Source: Sphaerodactylus townsendi
Taxonomy: Eukaryota
NCBI RefSeq assembly: GCF_021028975.2
Contig: NC_059436.1
Span: 26,412,001-26,476,000, forward strand
Reading direction: 5' to 3'
DNA: 64,000 nucleotides
Program-made: the position numbers and the translations under genes
Shown: piece after piece, positions 27,097-38,250 of the stretch
Numbering within the stretch: the stretch's first letter is position 1
Layout of the letters: each line of letters opens with the position of its first letter
The notes under the pieces: generated by a model
The model's input: only the letters and a program-made list of their open reading frames with translations
Databases searched by the model: none
Told to the model about the DNA's origin: nothing

Positions 27097-27302
27097 AGCA
27101 AGATTGCCAGATCTAGGAAACTCCTGGAAAGTGGGGGTAAAGCCTGGGGAAGGCAGGGTTTGGCAAAGGGAGAGTCCTCAGTATAGTACCATAGAATCCA
27201 CCTTCCGGAGTGGCATTTTTTCCTGGAGGAACAGATATCTAAACTGGAGACCAGTTGTTTCCAGGAGATTCCCAGGCCCTATCTGGAGGTTGACAAGCCT
27301 AG
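27097..27302. mobile_element. TAGGGTTGCCA-type non-autonomous DNA transposon (hAT-like), degenerate
   Basis: caagattgccag...ggttgacaagcct ends; internal catagaatccaccttc...cattttttcctggagga also seen near 20250. Confidence 0.5.
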
Positions 27303-27611
27303 TTAAAAACCTACTACCCTTCTAGAAACATACTGAATTTCTTTCATAACTCCTGAAATGGTATTGATAATGAAAGAAAGGATACCTGTTCTAAGTGCAC
27401 ATTGCGGATTGCATCCGAATGCCATGCCACAAGAACCAGAAAGTCTAGGTTAGTGACTTATTACAGCTGCCAGACCCCAGGGAGTTTGAAGTACTGTCTT
27501 AGCCTCAGAATAACTCTGTAAAATATGACAGGCTTAACTTTATCTCTGTTTTACCCTGTATAATCACAAGTGCATACTCAATAGATACAGAGTTCCAGGG
27601 CCAGGCCACTG

Positions 27612-27822
27612 GGGCCCATTATGCATGGAATGCTTACCTCAGGGCTCTTCACTATGCAGTGCAGTTGTTGTGGGTTTTCCTTGTGTTTCTTTGTTTACAT
27701 ACAAGGAGGCACTCACTGCACAGCTTCTCCTCTGAACTCTCCTGTGTCTGCTTTTCCTGGTTCTCTTAACTTTGCCCATCAACTCACTCTTAAAGGTGCA
27801 GAGCTCATCACGCCTGGTAGTC
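27612..27822 (+). mobile_element. Old Harbinger-like repeat (second copy of the 15175 family, without the nested insert)
   Basis: Starts ggcccattatgcatgg and is colinear with 15175-15545. Confidence 0.6.
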
Positions 27823-28208
27823 TCAGGATTGCTGGCTTTGTAAAAGTCTTTAAATTACTGATATATTGATACTGCTGTTATGACAGTTGTATCAATATTC
27901 TAGCCCTTTCCAAAAATTAATCCCCCCCAGAAATGAAAGATGCAAAGCAATTTCCTGGACCATACTCTACTGAGGAAGGGGACCATTTCCTACAGCTGAT
28001 ATTCTTTCCCCCTCCTCCCCTCCATACACACACACAAACATATAGTTCCTGCTGCTACTGCTGCTGCTGCTGATGTCACAGGAGAGATAGTGGCACTTGC
28101 ACCTGCAGTGTGGCAGACACCTTGTACATAATCAGCCAAAGGATAGATACCTCTTTCTGCAGTATCAGAATTCTGTATTATTATTCATAAGTCCCACTTG
28201 CCTCCCAC

Positions 28209-28398
28209 CAGAGGCATAGCTCCAAGGGGGAAGGGGGGTGCGTGACACACTGGGGGAGTGCCCCTGTGGGTATGTGGCAATGGCATTCCAGGGGCGTGGT
28301 AGGAGCACTGCGTGACAGGACGGGGCCGTTCCGAGGTGGGACAGGGGTGGAGGATGTACCAGTACACTGGGCGCTTTCCCCCCCTTGCTACGCCTCTG
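28209..28398. mobile_element. hAT MITE (same family as 8479, opposite orientation), 190 bp
   Basis: TIR cagaggcatagc / gctacgcctctg; perfect 8-bp TSD cctcccac. Confidence 0.9.
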
Positions 28399-29252
28399 CC
28401 TCCCACCCCTCCTCCAAGGAGCTTGTGGCAATATCCTTATTTCATACTGTTTATTTATTTATTTATAAAACACTGGCCCATTTTATACCCCACTGTGCAA
28501 TGTAGGTTAACAGCAGACACTGCCTAAAGCCATTTAGTGAGCTCCCTGGCTGAACAAGGATTCGAATCCAGGTCTCGTCAACAAACGAGGCCTCCTGAGC
28601 AGGGCAGTTGGTATTGTCAACTGCAGGGCTGCTGCTTTAAAAGATAAAGAAAATGTATGTTTGTTCTCTCTCCTCATCATAATTTGTCATTTGGACATCG
28701 TCATCTGACTTGCTGGCCGAGTACAGGAATTGTTTGCCTCTGACTGCAAGAACTGCAGCCAGCTGCCATCCTGCAAGCTTTGCCCTTGAGTGCATTGCGG
28801 AGGAAAGGCAAGAGGAAGGCACTGTGCCTTTAAATAGCTTTTCAAATCATGTTAAACCAGATAAGTAGAAAGAGGCACTTAAATAGGACATCATCAATTG
28901 CGATCAAATTTATTAAAAGAGGATTAGTTAATACTCCTTTCCATATTAAACAGCCCCTAAGATGGTGAAGAACTGAAAATTTTCTTTTAAAAAATGCCAT
29001 CTTGTAACACTTGGCTCTAACAGATCAAGTGATTCGGTGGGTATTAAATAATCATTCCCTCCTATAATTTTCTTCAGCTTTATTCATGGCTCCATCAGAT
29101 CTGAAACCATCAAAAAGTGAATGAACAATACAGACACTAGGAATTGAAAGAAAGGGAAGGAAAGAAGGGCTAGGACTAGGAATTCAGACAAATCCTTGGG
29201 AAAAGAAGAAACGATAGATGAGATCCTATCAAGAAGATCTGCTTGTGCAAGG

Positions 29253-29707
29253 GAAGAAGACGAGTTGGATTTATATCCCCCCTCTTTCTTTCCTGTTTAG
29301 GAGACTCAAAGGGACTGACAATCTCCTTCCCCTCCCCCCCTCACAGCAAACACTGTGTGAGGTAGGTGGTGCTGAGAGGGCTCAGAAGAACTGTGACTAG
29401 CCCAGGGGTAGGGAACCTGCGGCTCTCCAGATGTTCAGGAACTACAATTCCCATCAGCCTCTATCAGCATGGCCAATTGACCATGCTGGTAGGGGCTGAT
29501 GGGAATTGTAGTTCCTGAACATCTGGAGAGCCGCAGGTTCCCTACCCCTGGACTAGCCCAAGGTCACCCAGTTGGCATGTGTTGGAGTACACAGGCTGAT
29601 CTGAATTCCCCAGATAAGCCTCCACAGCTCAAGCGGCAGAGTGGGGAATCAAACCCAGTTCCTCCAGATTAGAGTACACCTGTTCTTAACCACTACACCA
29701 CTGCTGT
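29253..29707 (-). mobile_element. Gecko-type SINE interrupted by a hAT MITE
   Basis: Colinear with the SINE at 25094-25437 once 29403-29558 is removed. Confidence 0.88.
29403..29550. mobile_element. Palindromic hAT MITE, 148 bp, nested in a SINE
   Basis: Nearly identical to 18243-18390; perfect 8-bp TSD gactagcc. Confidence 0.95.
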
Positions 29708-30151
29708 TCATCTAGGGATGTGTGATTTTGCTGACTCCTCACTCCTAATGCTCCTGAGTGTCCCTCCTCCTCCCACAGGAACAGCCCTTCAGAGAAACAT
29801 TTGTTGTAGCAGTGCGGGAGGGGGGAGTTGCATTCCATGGATCCTGCTGTCCATTGTAAATTTCAATAGAATCTAAGACTATACATAAATATGTAGTTAT
29901 AATATTCCTGTCCTGTACTCTCAATATACTATATCATCCACTAAAACAATTAAGCAGTCATGTTAAAAATTATGAGCTTCTGTAGGGCTGGGGCTTATGG
30001 TTTCTTCTTGCTAAATGAGAAACCTCCCGTTGCAAGAAGTTAATTCTACAAACATTCACATCATCCTGTAGAACACAACAGCCCTTTACTGAGCCCATTC
30101 CCTCAAAGTGCCCTTCAGAGTTGTCCTTGAAGAGTTCAGAAGCTTCATGCA

Positions 30152-30296
30152 AACAGCAGAGTGGTCTAGTGGTGAACAGCAGGTGGACTGTGGAATCTAA
30201 TCTGAGGAACCGGGTTCAATTCTCCACTGTTCTACATGAAGCCTGCGGGGGTGACCTTGGGCTAGTCACAGCTCTCTCAGAACTCTCTCAGCCCCT
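30152..30296 (+). mobile_element. SINE 5' part (tRNA head + core)
   Basis: gtggtctagtggtgaacagcaggtggac...gaaccgggttcaattctcc...gtgaccttgggctagtcacagctctctc. Confidence 0.75.
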
Positions 30297-30361
30297 CAGG
30301 TGAGGTCTTGATCAAACCAGGAAGGTGTCAAGTTAGAACAGGAGGGCTATGGGAGCATGTG

Positions 30362-30733
30362 TGTGGAATGATGCGGCTGGCTTCCACTTGAGCCAGGGCC
30401 TTTACGGCTCTGGCGCCGGCCTGGTGGAACACTCTCCTTCCAGCTGTCCGGGCCCTGCAGGACCTTGGGGATTTCTGCAGGGCCTGTAAGACTGAGCTGT
30501 TCCACTGGGCCTTTGGAGAGACCAGCCGCTGAGGATGCCCCAGCCCCCCCTCTTTGCCCCCATGGGCCCTAATACCATCAGGACCCATTATTCTTCATTA
30601 GGAGGGTTTCGTAAGGACGTGGGACAATGTTTTAAGATATGACTGTTGTTTTACTTATATGTATGTTTTTAGATGATGTTTTATCTGTGCACCGCCCTGA
30701 GCCCTTTGGGGATAGGGCGGTATACTAAATTTA

Positions 30734-30792
<59 letters not shown>

Positions 30793-30793
30793 C
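30362..30793 (+). mobile_element. L2 LINE 3' end with (CAA)n tail (30737-30793)
   Basis: Encodes a degenerate L2 ORF2 end (RLAST*ARAFTALAPAWWNTL...RACKTELFHWAF); the 3' stem-loop gcaccgccctgagccctttggggatagggcggtata is followed by the microsatellite. Confidence 0.85.
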
Positions 30794-31880
30794 GCCGTGC
30801 TTGAGCCTGGTACTGACTAAGACCTACTGCTGTGTATCTGTTTTGTGATGCATGTATGCAGTCTTTGTTTTCATGAGGATTAACCAATTTGTCTTTCTCC
30901 AGGAAAGTTGCTGACCAAATATATACATGAAGCATTTAGGAAAAGCACACTCTAAGGACCAGGTTGTCCTCCAATGGCACTTGCCATTCATGTCTGGTTC
31001 AATCATCTCAAGCCCTAATTAACTGAGTTCTCCGTGAGGGTGGTCAAGACACTGCCCGTGATCATTGCTCTGGTTCAGTCTCTGCAAGATCAACGGCAAG
31101 GAAGAGGCAACAGGTGTGAAATACAGCCTGATGGAAGCAATTGCCACTCCGCCCAATGCAGTTTGACCTTTCCTTCCTTGGTTTAGAATACAAGAAGCTT
31201 TAGCTCACCTTTCATTTCCAAAGCCCAAACAATGCTGCCTGTTGCTGCTTAGCACATCAAACAGTCACAGCCGGAATCTGCCTAGCCAGGCTTTTGGATC
31301 TGGAAATACACAGCATCTTGTTCTCAGCGGAGTCAAACCTGATCTGAAATTGCAAAAAGCCTTAGGAACTATATGTGCTCAGATGCCTTCCATTTGGCTC
31401 TATATTGCTCTGTGTTTTGTTTCTTTCCGGCATTCCCCACTGCCTGCTTTCCAGTGTAATTTGAACAATTTATTCCATTCATTTTGATATTGGCACATGC
31501 ATAATTTGTTGCAGGCTTTTTGTTTTGTTTTGTGGATGCCCTGTAAGGGGTTGATTAAAACACAGAGCAAAAACAGAGAAGGGAACAGTTGATATGACTG
31601 TCCAAAGATACCAAGGTTCTTTTCTGCACTGTGATGTAACCAGTGTGCACACATGCTCTTATACATCAGAAAAACGGTGGCAAAATGTACATCTGCTGTT
31701 GTTTGAACCAAGTCCTGATTTTAATTTTTCAAGGAAGAATGCTTCTTGGTGGCTCATTGATGCTGCTCCATAAAACAAGTTTATGTAAGCCAGACAGTAT
31801 CTTGTAGACATCCCTAGCTAGATTTCATTTCCCTTTGGACATCCTGAATGTCTGCTTCCACATGCAGACAATTCTCTATA

Positions 31881-32087
31881 TTGGTTGTGGTGGGTTTTCC
31901 AGGATGTGGCCGTGGTCTGGTGGATCTTGTTCCTAACATTTCACCTGCATCTGTGGCTGGCATCTTCAGAGGTGTATCACAGAGTGAAGTCTGTTACACA
32001 CTAGAACAAGATCCACCAGACCACGGCCACACAGCCCGGAAAACCCACCACAACCAGTTGAATCTGGTCGTGAAAGCCTTCGACAAT
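31881..32087. mobile_element. Penelope-like insertion with inverted partial pLTRs; hammerhead motif at 31932-31972 (-)
   Basis: Left arm tggttgtggtgggttttcc...gatcttgttc is the reverse complement of right arm gaacaagatcc...aaaacccaccacaacca; flanked by gacaattctctata / gacaattctctgtata. Confidence 0.85.
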
Positions 32088-32245
32088 TCTCTGTATAGAT
32101 CTCATTACTGTGGATAAATGCAGAAGCATCCAGTGAGTATCTGAACTACAGTTTTCCACACACTTTCCTTGCCTCAGACTTCCATGACTCACACTCCTCC
32201 CATGTGAGGCCTTTTAAACCATTGAGAATTGCCATACTGCTACAA

Positions 32246-33073
32246 GGAGCCCCATGGCACAGAGTGGAAAGCTGCAGTACTGCTTGCGACTAGTCGTGGT
32301 GACTAACCAGGCAGTTCTGAGCTAGGAAATGCAATCACAGGTCAAACTGTCCAAGGTCAAATATGAAGAGTCAAATAAAGTCCAAAAGAAGCAGTCCAAG
32401 AGTCAGAGTCCAAGGCAAGGCAACAAGAACAGGGCAGCAAGTACAGGAACAGATTCAGAGCGCAGCAAAAGTGAGACCAACAACACGTCTTGCTTCTGGA
32501 AGAAAGCAGCTGCTAGCCCTTGTTGCTCTATAATCTGCTGGGGCGGTTGGCTATACTCAGCTATGTAGCTGGCAGAGATTCTGTGGCTAACTTGCAGCTG
32601 CTGGACAGCCAATCTAGCAGATATCCTGTGCTTTGTATCTGAGGGCAGTCACCAACGCAGCTGTTCCACTGGAAGGGGGGGTGGGGGTGGGGGTAAGCTG
32701 GAGGGCTGTATGCCCTTGGTGTCAGTGAAACCCTTTGAACTGGTTCATTATCCCCATTGGTCATGGACAATGGCCCCAGGACATAGTCATCTGTGCTGTC
32801 TGACACCTCCAGGTCTGTTGATAGCACAGGCCCAGAATGCCAGTCCTTTATTAGTGGAGCTGTGGGGCTCGCTTCATCCTCACTGTCAGCCAGCCCCTCT
32901 TCAGCATGGCTATTATCTGCATGTTCTTCATCACTACGTCAGTTTCAACAGGGCACAAGGGACAACCCATGACACGACCTGAGTTTGATTCCTACAGAAG
33001 TCGGCCTCAAGCAGCTGGCTTAAGGCTGACTCAGCCTTCCATCCTTCTGAGGTTGATAAAATGAGTACTCAGC
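32246..33073 (+). mobile_element. tRNA-derived SINE (Squam2-like) split by a ~690-bp insertion
   Basis: Head ggagccccatggcacagagtggaaagctgcagtactgc (32246-32283) resumes at 32975 with cgacctgagtttgattcc...gactcagccttccatccttctgaggttgataaaatgagtactcagc. Confidence 0.75.
32284..32974. mobile_element. Probable solo LTR (Gypsy-like), one end eroded
   Basis: Interrupts a SINE; right end ...cccatgaCA (TGTCATG on the minus strand); internal agtccaa repeats and a TATA-like ctataa, as I recall for squamate Gypsy LTRs; no clean TSD. Confidence 0.55.
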
Positions 33074-33698
33074 AGAGATCATGGCAATAGATTATTATAA
33101 TTCTGTAGTGATTGAGCAGTTCCTGATCCCTTAGTGCCCCATTGTGCTTTGGGGAGCCATACCCAAGCTGGAACTGAGGTAAGAAAAATGGCAACCATGT
33201 GAGCAGGACCCCAAAGAAATACACACTCTCCCATTCACTTGGTGTCCAAAAGTACTTTGACTGCAATCTTTCCAAAAAGATTATTAAACCAAGCTTGGAA
33301 GGATACCACAAAGCAGGGAAAGGCATAGAAACAGGAGGCGTGGAGGATGATGTCATGTAAATACTCCTCAAAACAACACTGCAGGAAGAAAGCCAAGGCA
33401 CAGTAAACCATCCGTGCAGAAACAATGTACTCATCTAGATTTGATAAAACAACAAGGAAGATACAGGAGCTCCCAAAAAGAAAAACAACAACAACTCTGC
33501 AGAACTCGCTCCCCCAGGAAGTAAAGTTAGCAGTAGAAGATGATGATTTTTTAAAGAAATATATTTATTGATTGATTGATTGATTGTGGGTTTGTTCCAG
33601 AAATCCTGTGAATGACTGCCTTAATAAAGAATTGCCTGTAATAAAGAATTGCGGTTCTGTGTCCCCACAGCAGATGATCAGACAGCAGAAGAATTTAA

Positions 33699-33982
33699 CA
33701 GCCCAATCCAAAGGGGAGGGGGTCAAAGTGACTCTTAGAGGCAGTAAAGGGCTGTGCCAGTGGATTTGCCCTCCCTGGGGCATTTACCCCAGTGGAGGGG
33801 CAAATCTATTGGCGGGCAACTACCGCAGCCTTCTGGGATGGCCAGATGTGGTGAACAGTACCGTGTCAGTGCCTCCACACTGCCGCTGGACCCACTGGTA
33901 TAGCAGGGACATTCAGGAGGTGTGATCGGGGTGGAGCCAACATTAGTCAGCTCCCAAAACCACTTTGCTTTCGGATGCGCTG
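33699..33982. mobile_element. Old non-autonomous DNA transposon (CAGCCCAATCC-type TIR)
   Basis: cagcccaatccaaag ... ctttcggatgcgctg imperfect TIR; related GC-rich sequence at 16444-16760. Confidence 0.45.
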
Positions 33983-34374
33983 CGGCCCCGGGGCTCTGAC
34001 CTGTGCCATCCATGTAGCCCTAAAAAGGGCTTTCCGGTAGTGGTGGTGGGGATTGACTTTTCTTTCTTGGTCCTTGTGCTGCTGAAAAGTCCTCTGGAAG
34101 TGACGGGGCAGCGCAGCACCAGCACTGCCCCTGCCTGCTCAGGCCTCTGGACTGTTCATCTTGTTTTATAGAGGGTTTTTTTTTTACAACAATAATAGCT
34201 TTCAATCATTTATAGTGATTCCACTGGAACTGAACTGGTGAGCAGCCTTGAGTATCTTCAGAAAGATGACACATAAATGGGTTAAATAAATACATAAAGT
34301 TTGGGGCCCCTTAATGCATTACAGAAAAGATAAACAAAATCTCACAAAATGATTATGAGGTTATGGTCTGTACT

Positions 34375-34740
34375 AAGCTTGGTCAATACCCTAGAAATTT
34401 GGTACAATTCAGATTTGGATTTATTTGGGCATACAATTATCTGTATGCCCAAATAAGACAAATAACATTCGGATATACCCAAATATTCGGGTATACCTGA
34501 AAAATTCGGGTCCGCCTGATTTTTTTTTAATTTCTGGTATTTTTTGCATTTGTGCCTGCAGAGGGGCGCATTTTTAAAGCTAGTAGCACCAAAATTTCAG
34601 GATATCATCTGGAGACTCTCCTGGTGATACCAACTGAGTTTGGTGAAGTTTGGTTCAGGGGATCAAAGTTATGGACCCCCAAAGGGGGTGCCCCCATCCT
34701 CCATTGTTTCCAATGGGAGCGAACAGGAGATGGGGCTGCA
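34375..34740. mobile_element. Probable DNA-transposon fragment with internal palindromes
   Basis: Local inverted repeats (tatttgggcatac...gtatgcccaaata; atacccaaatattcgggtat) and accaaaatttcag / tttggtgaagtttgg subterminal-type motifs. Confidence 0.45.
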
Positions 34741-36466
34741 GAGGGCTCAGGCAAGGAAAATGGTGCCAATGTGGGTGGGACCTCAAAACTACACACCTGT
34801 TTTGGCTGCAGTAGGGGCAGTCTTACCTTATGGAAAACAGGATCACTGCCCTGGACCCTGAGCTTGGGGGGCTTGCCCATAGCCCTACCCTCCCTCAAAG
34901 GAGGGGGGAAAGAAGAGCAGCCTCCTGCCATTGCCTCATTCAGGTCTCGGGCAGCTTACTTCTGGAAGCACTGGTGGTCCCAGTCCATCTTGCCTGCTCC
35001 TTGCTTGGCCTTAATCCTTATCTGGCTCCAGCTGGGGGTGGAAAGAGGAGGCAGCAGCAGTGATTCTAGGCTCCCACCCCAAGCCTTTGCTCAGGGCCCC
35101 AGAATCACCAAGTCTGCCCCTCTCTTGCTGAAAAGATCATCCCACTAGGTTTGAAAAAGTCTGCAGCAAAACAAGGGAAAGCAAGGGAGCAGGACAAAAA
35201 GAGAGGGATCATTTAACCATTCAATCCGAGGAGCAGTTCTGCTGTTAGCTTTTGCTGTTAGCTTTTTACTTCAATCCTGGACAATCCTAGGAACTGTTCT
35301 GCTGTTTGGTTTGGGGGAAATGGTGCTGCTTTAGACCAATCTCGCTTTTCTGGATTTCTGCCTATTCCTCCCCTTGCTCTGCGTGTTCATTTAAAAACAA
35401 ACAAGGCTCATAAAACCACCGTAAGCCTCCAGTTACTCTCTTCTCATGAGCAAAATGACGATCCGGTTAAGACCGACCCTCGGAACCTGCTTCCTCTCAG
35501 AGAAGGCACATCTGCAAAATGACATCACTCTAGGTATTTTAACCGACACACTCGCATATACTGGCTTAAGAAGAGACGGCAGCCTTTGAAGGATGATAAC
35601 CTCAAAACAGGGGAAAGTGTTTCATATAAAATTAAACATAACCAGACCTGTAAACATCAGTCAACTACAACAGCTCATTAGGGGAAACAAAAAAAAAAAC
35701 CCCAACCCAAACCAAAGAAACCTCTTGTATCGCTCGGCGAGAGAATGTTGCAAGGCTTTGAAGATTGTCACCAGGTACAAAAGACTGTCAGCCGGTAGAA
35801 TTAGAGTGTTCTTGCTGTTCCACGTTAGATGTTCTGGCTACTGGAGCAAAAGATTATGAAGGAATTGATTTGGCAGGTCTGAAAACCTCTGGGAAAGACT
35901 CAAAAGAGATATTTGGGCTGGACTGTAATCAGAAAGACACGAATGTGCATTGTTGAACCAACTGGAAACCTTCCCGTGATCAAGCCATGCGCTCAATTTT
36001 TCTGGGCTGTGAGATGCAGCCATGTGCTGCATGTATCTCTGATTGGAAATGAACATAGAAAAAAGTGTTTATAAGAAGCATTCCTTATTCGTTTCATGTT
36101 TTCTGGGGTTTTTTTAAATCTCAAGACGTGCAGTGCTTGGAGAAATCTGTTTATTTCTTGCATTAATTTTTGTTTTTTATGTTGACAAGTATCTCCCCTT
36201 TTGAACACACGGAAGTGCCTCATACAGTATTGCTGTTTATTCTGATTGGCAGTATGTCTCCATGGGACTGGAGAAAGATGTATTCTGTCCTAAACTGAGA
36301 TCCTTTAACTGAGGATTTTTTAAAAGGCAGAAAATGCTTCCAAAATCTCTGTCTCCAAATTTCTCACCAGTTTCAAAGCTCCAAATTCATTAGTCTTACT
36401 TGTGAAGGGCAAACAAGCCACCGGGAATCTGTCTTCTTCACCCTTGCTATCCTTGATCTTTATCGT

Positions 36467-36695
36467 ATGTGTGTGTGTGTGCCGTCACATCACAGCTGAC
36501 TTATGGAGACCCCGTGGGATTTTCAAGGCAAGAGATGTTCGGAGGTGGTTTGCCATTGCCTGCCTCTGCATGGGCTGAGAGAGTTCTGAGAGAACTGTGA
36601 CTGGCCCAAGGTCACCCATCAGACTTCATGTTCAGAGGATCAAACTTTGTCCTCCAGGTTAAAGTCTACCACTTTTAACCACTAAACCACACTGT
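36467..36695 (-). mobile_element. SINE with RTE/Sauria-type tail and (TG)n end
   Basis: gtgtgccgtcacatcacagctgacttatggagacccc...ggtggtttgccattgcc tail joined to the gtgactggcccaaggtcaccc core and ttaaccacta head. Confidence 0.75.
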
Positions 36696-36861
36696 CTGTG
36701 CCACTATTTTATTTGCTTACTATCATGGTGACTTGTGATTTTGTCAGTCTCATCATATCACTGTGCTACACTTTATGACCATCAACTATGGATGGCCACA
36801 GCCAACTGGATTAAACAGTAGAGAGGGGAAACGATGCCTAGAACAGTCAGGACAACGGCCA

Positions 36862-37049
36862 TAGGGCTGCCAAACTGGTGTCTTCCTGGGATTCCAAACC
36901 GATCTTCAGGGTACAGAGATCAGTTACCCGAAGGAAATGGCAGCCATGGAGCTTGGAGCGCCTGGCTTCTCATTGCTGCTGAGCACCTTCTTCTCCACAG
37001 GCTTCCTCTTCAAATCTCCAGAATTTCCAACCCAGAATAGGCAACCCTA
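36862..37049. mobile_element. TAGGGTTGCCA-type MITE (hAT-like)
   Basis: TIR tagggctgcc / ggcaacccta. Confidence 0.6.
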
Positions 37050-37929
37050 GCAAAGGAGGTGGTTTAACAGCGGCTCTCCTCAGTGGCTCTCCTGTGGTGG
37101 GATCCAGAAGGGGATCTGCATCACATGACATCCTGCTCAAGCTCCTTGTCAAACCATGGGATGTGCCCATGAAGGACGATAGTTTGAAACTGCTGGATGT
37201 GTTGGGGGACAAAAAACTGGGGAAAGGCGGGCCCTCCTTTGCGTCCGACTACTGGTTTTAAACAAATGACCCTTTTTGGAGCAATTCTGACTTCCAGAAA
37301 TCAGGAGCAGTTCTGATTTCCAGATAAAGAAGACAAACGGACACATACTGGGATTAGAACGATCCGACACAACTCCAGCATCCAGGAATCTCTTCAAAGG
37401 AGGTGCTAAACAGAGTCACACAGTTTTGCACTTCCCCTTCTCAAAGAGGAAGGACTTTTCAGGGGCTGCCTTTCACAGAGTCACTGATCTGATGAGGAGA
37501 CTGTATGGAAGACTGACAGTGTTTTGTAGAAAGGTACAATCAGAGTATGGGGGACCAGACAAGCATACTGAGAGGCTAGGCTTATATTTAAAACAGTGTC
37601 GGTTTCCCCCACAAAGCAAGCAACAAGCCCCTGCAATCTGCCCTGAGGCTGTTTCTCACTAACCAGTTGCAAAATTTAGATTCTGGTAGTTGAATCTGGA
37701 ACTGCCAAACAGTTTCGCTCCTGCCACACACATACACAGGGTGAAAAACTGCTTTCCGCACTCACCCACTCAGTTGTGACTTGCATTCTTGGCTCTGAGA
37801 ACATCACTTAGTCATCAATATGCATCAAATATCATGCTATACCAAAGCCAAGAGAGAGAGAGAGTCATCTGCTCGCTGGAAACAGCTCAAAACACCACTC
37901 CATAAGGCTACAACAACAGAACGAGGAGG

Positions 37930-38250
37930 AAGGGCTGTGCCTCAGTGACTGATCACCTGCTTTCCATACAATAAGTCCCAGGTTCAGTGCCCAGCATCTA
38001 CACATAAAGGAGTTCAGGTTGGGGAAAGCATCTTTCTCTACCTGAGGCCCTGGAGAGACATTGTCCATTCCAGCAGACAGCACTCGGCTAGATCCACATA
38101 TCACTGGCTACTGTGAGGTCGGGGCACAAGAACAATCATTCGCAACTGGACTGGGTAATCCAGCTTCAAATGAATGCTACAGCAAAATATCCAGTGATGT
38201 GTGGATGCAACCCTGGGCTGGATGGATCAATGGTCTGACTGTTTAAAAGC
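37930..38250 (+). mobile_element. Degenerate tRNA-derived SINE with CR1-like tail
   Basis: gggctgtgcctcagtg...gtcccaggttcagtgcccagcatct...gccctggagag...gctggatggatcaatggtctgact. Confidence 0.55.

Noticed and set aside
34552-35148. 198-aa ORF
   Set aside because: Overlaps repeat-derived GC-rich sequence; no domain or splice support.
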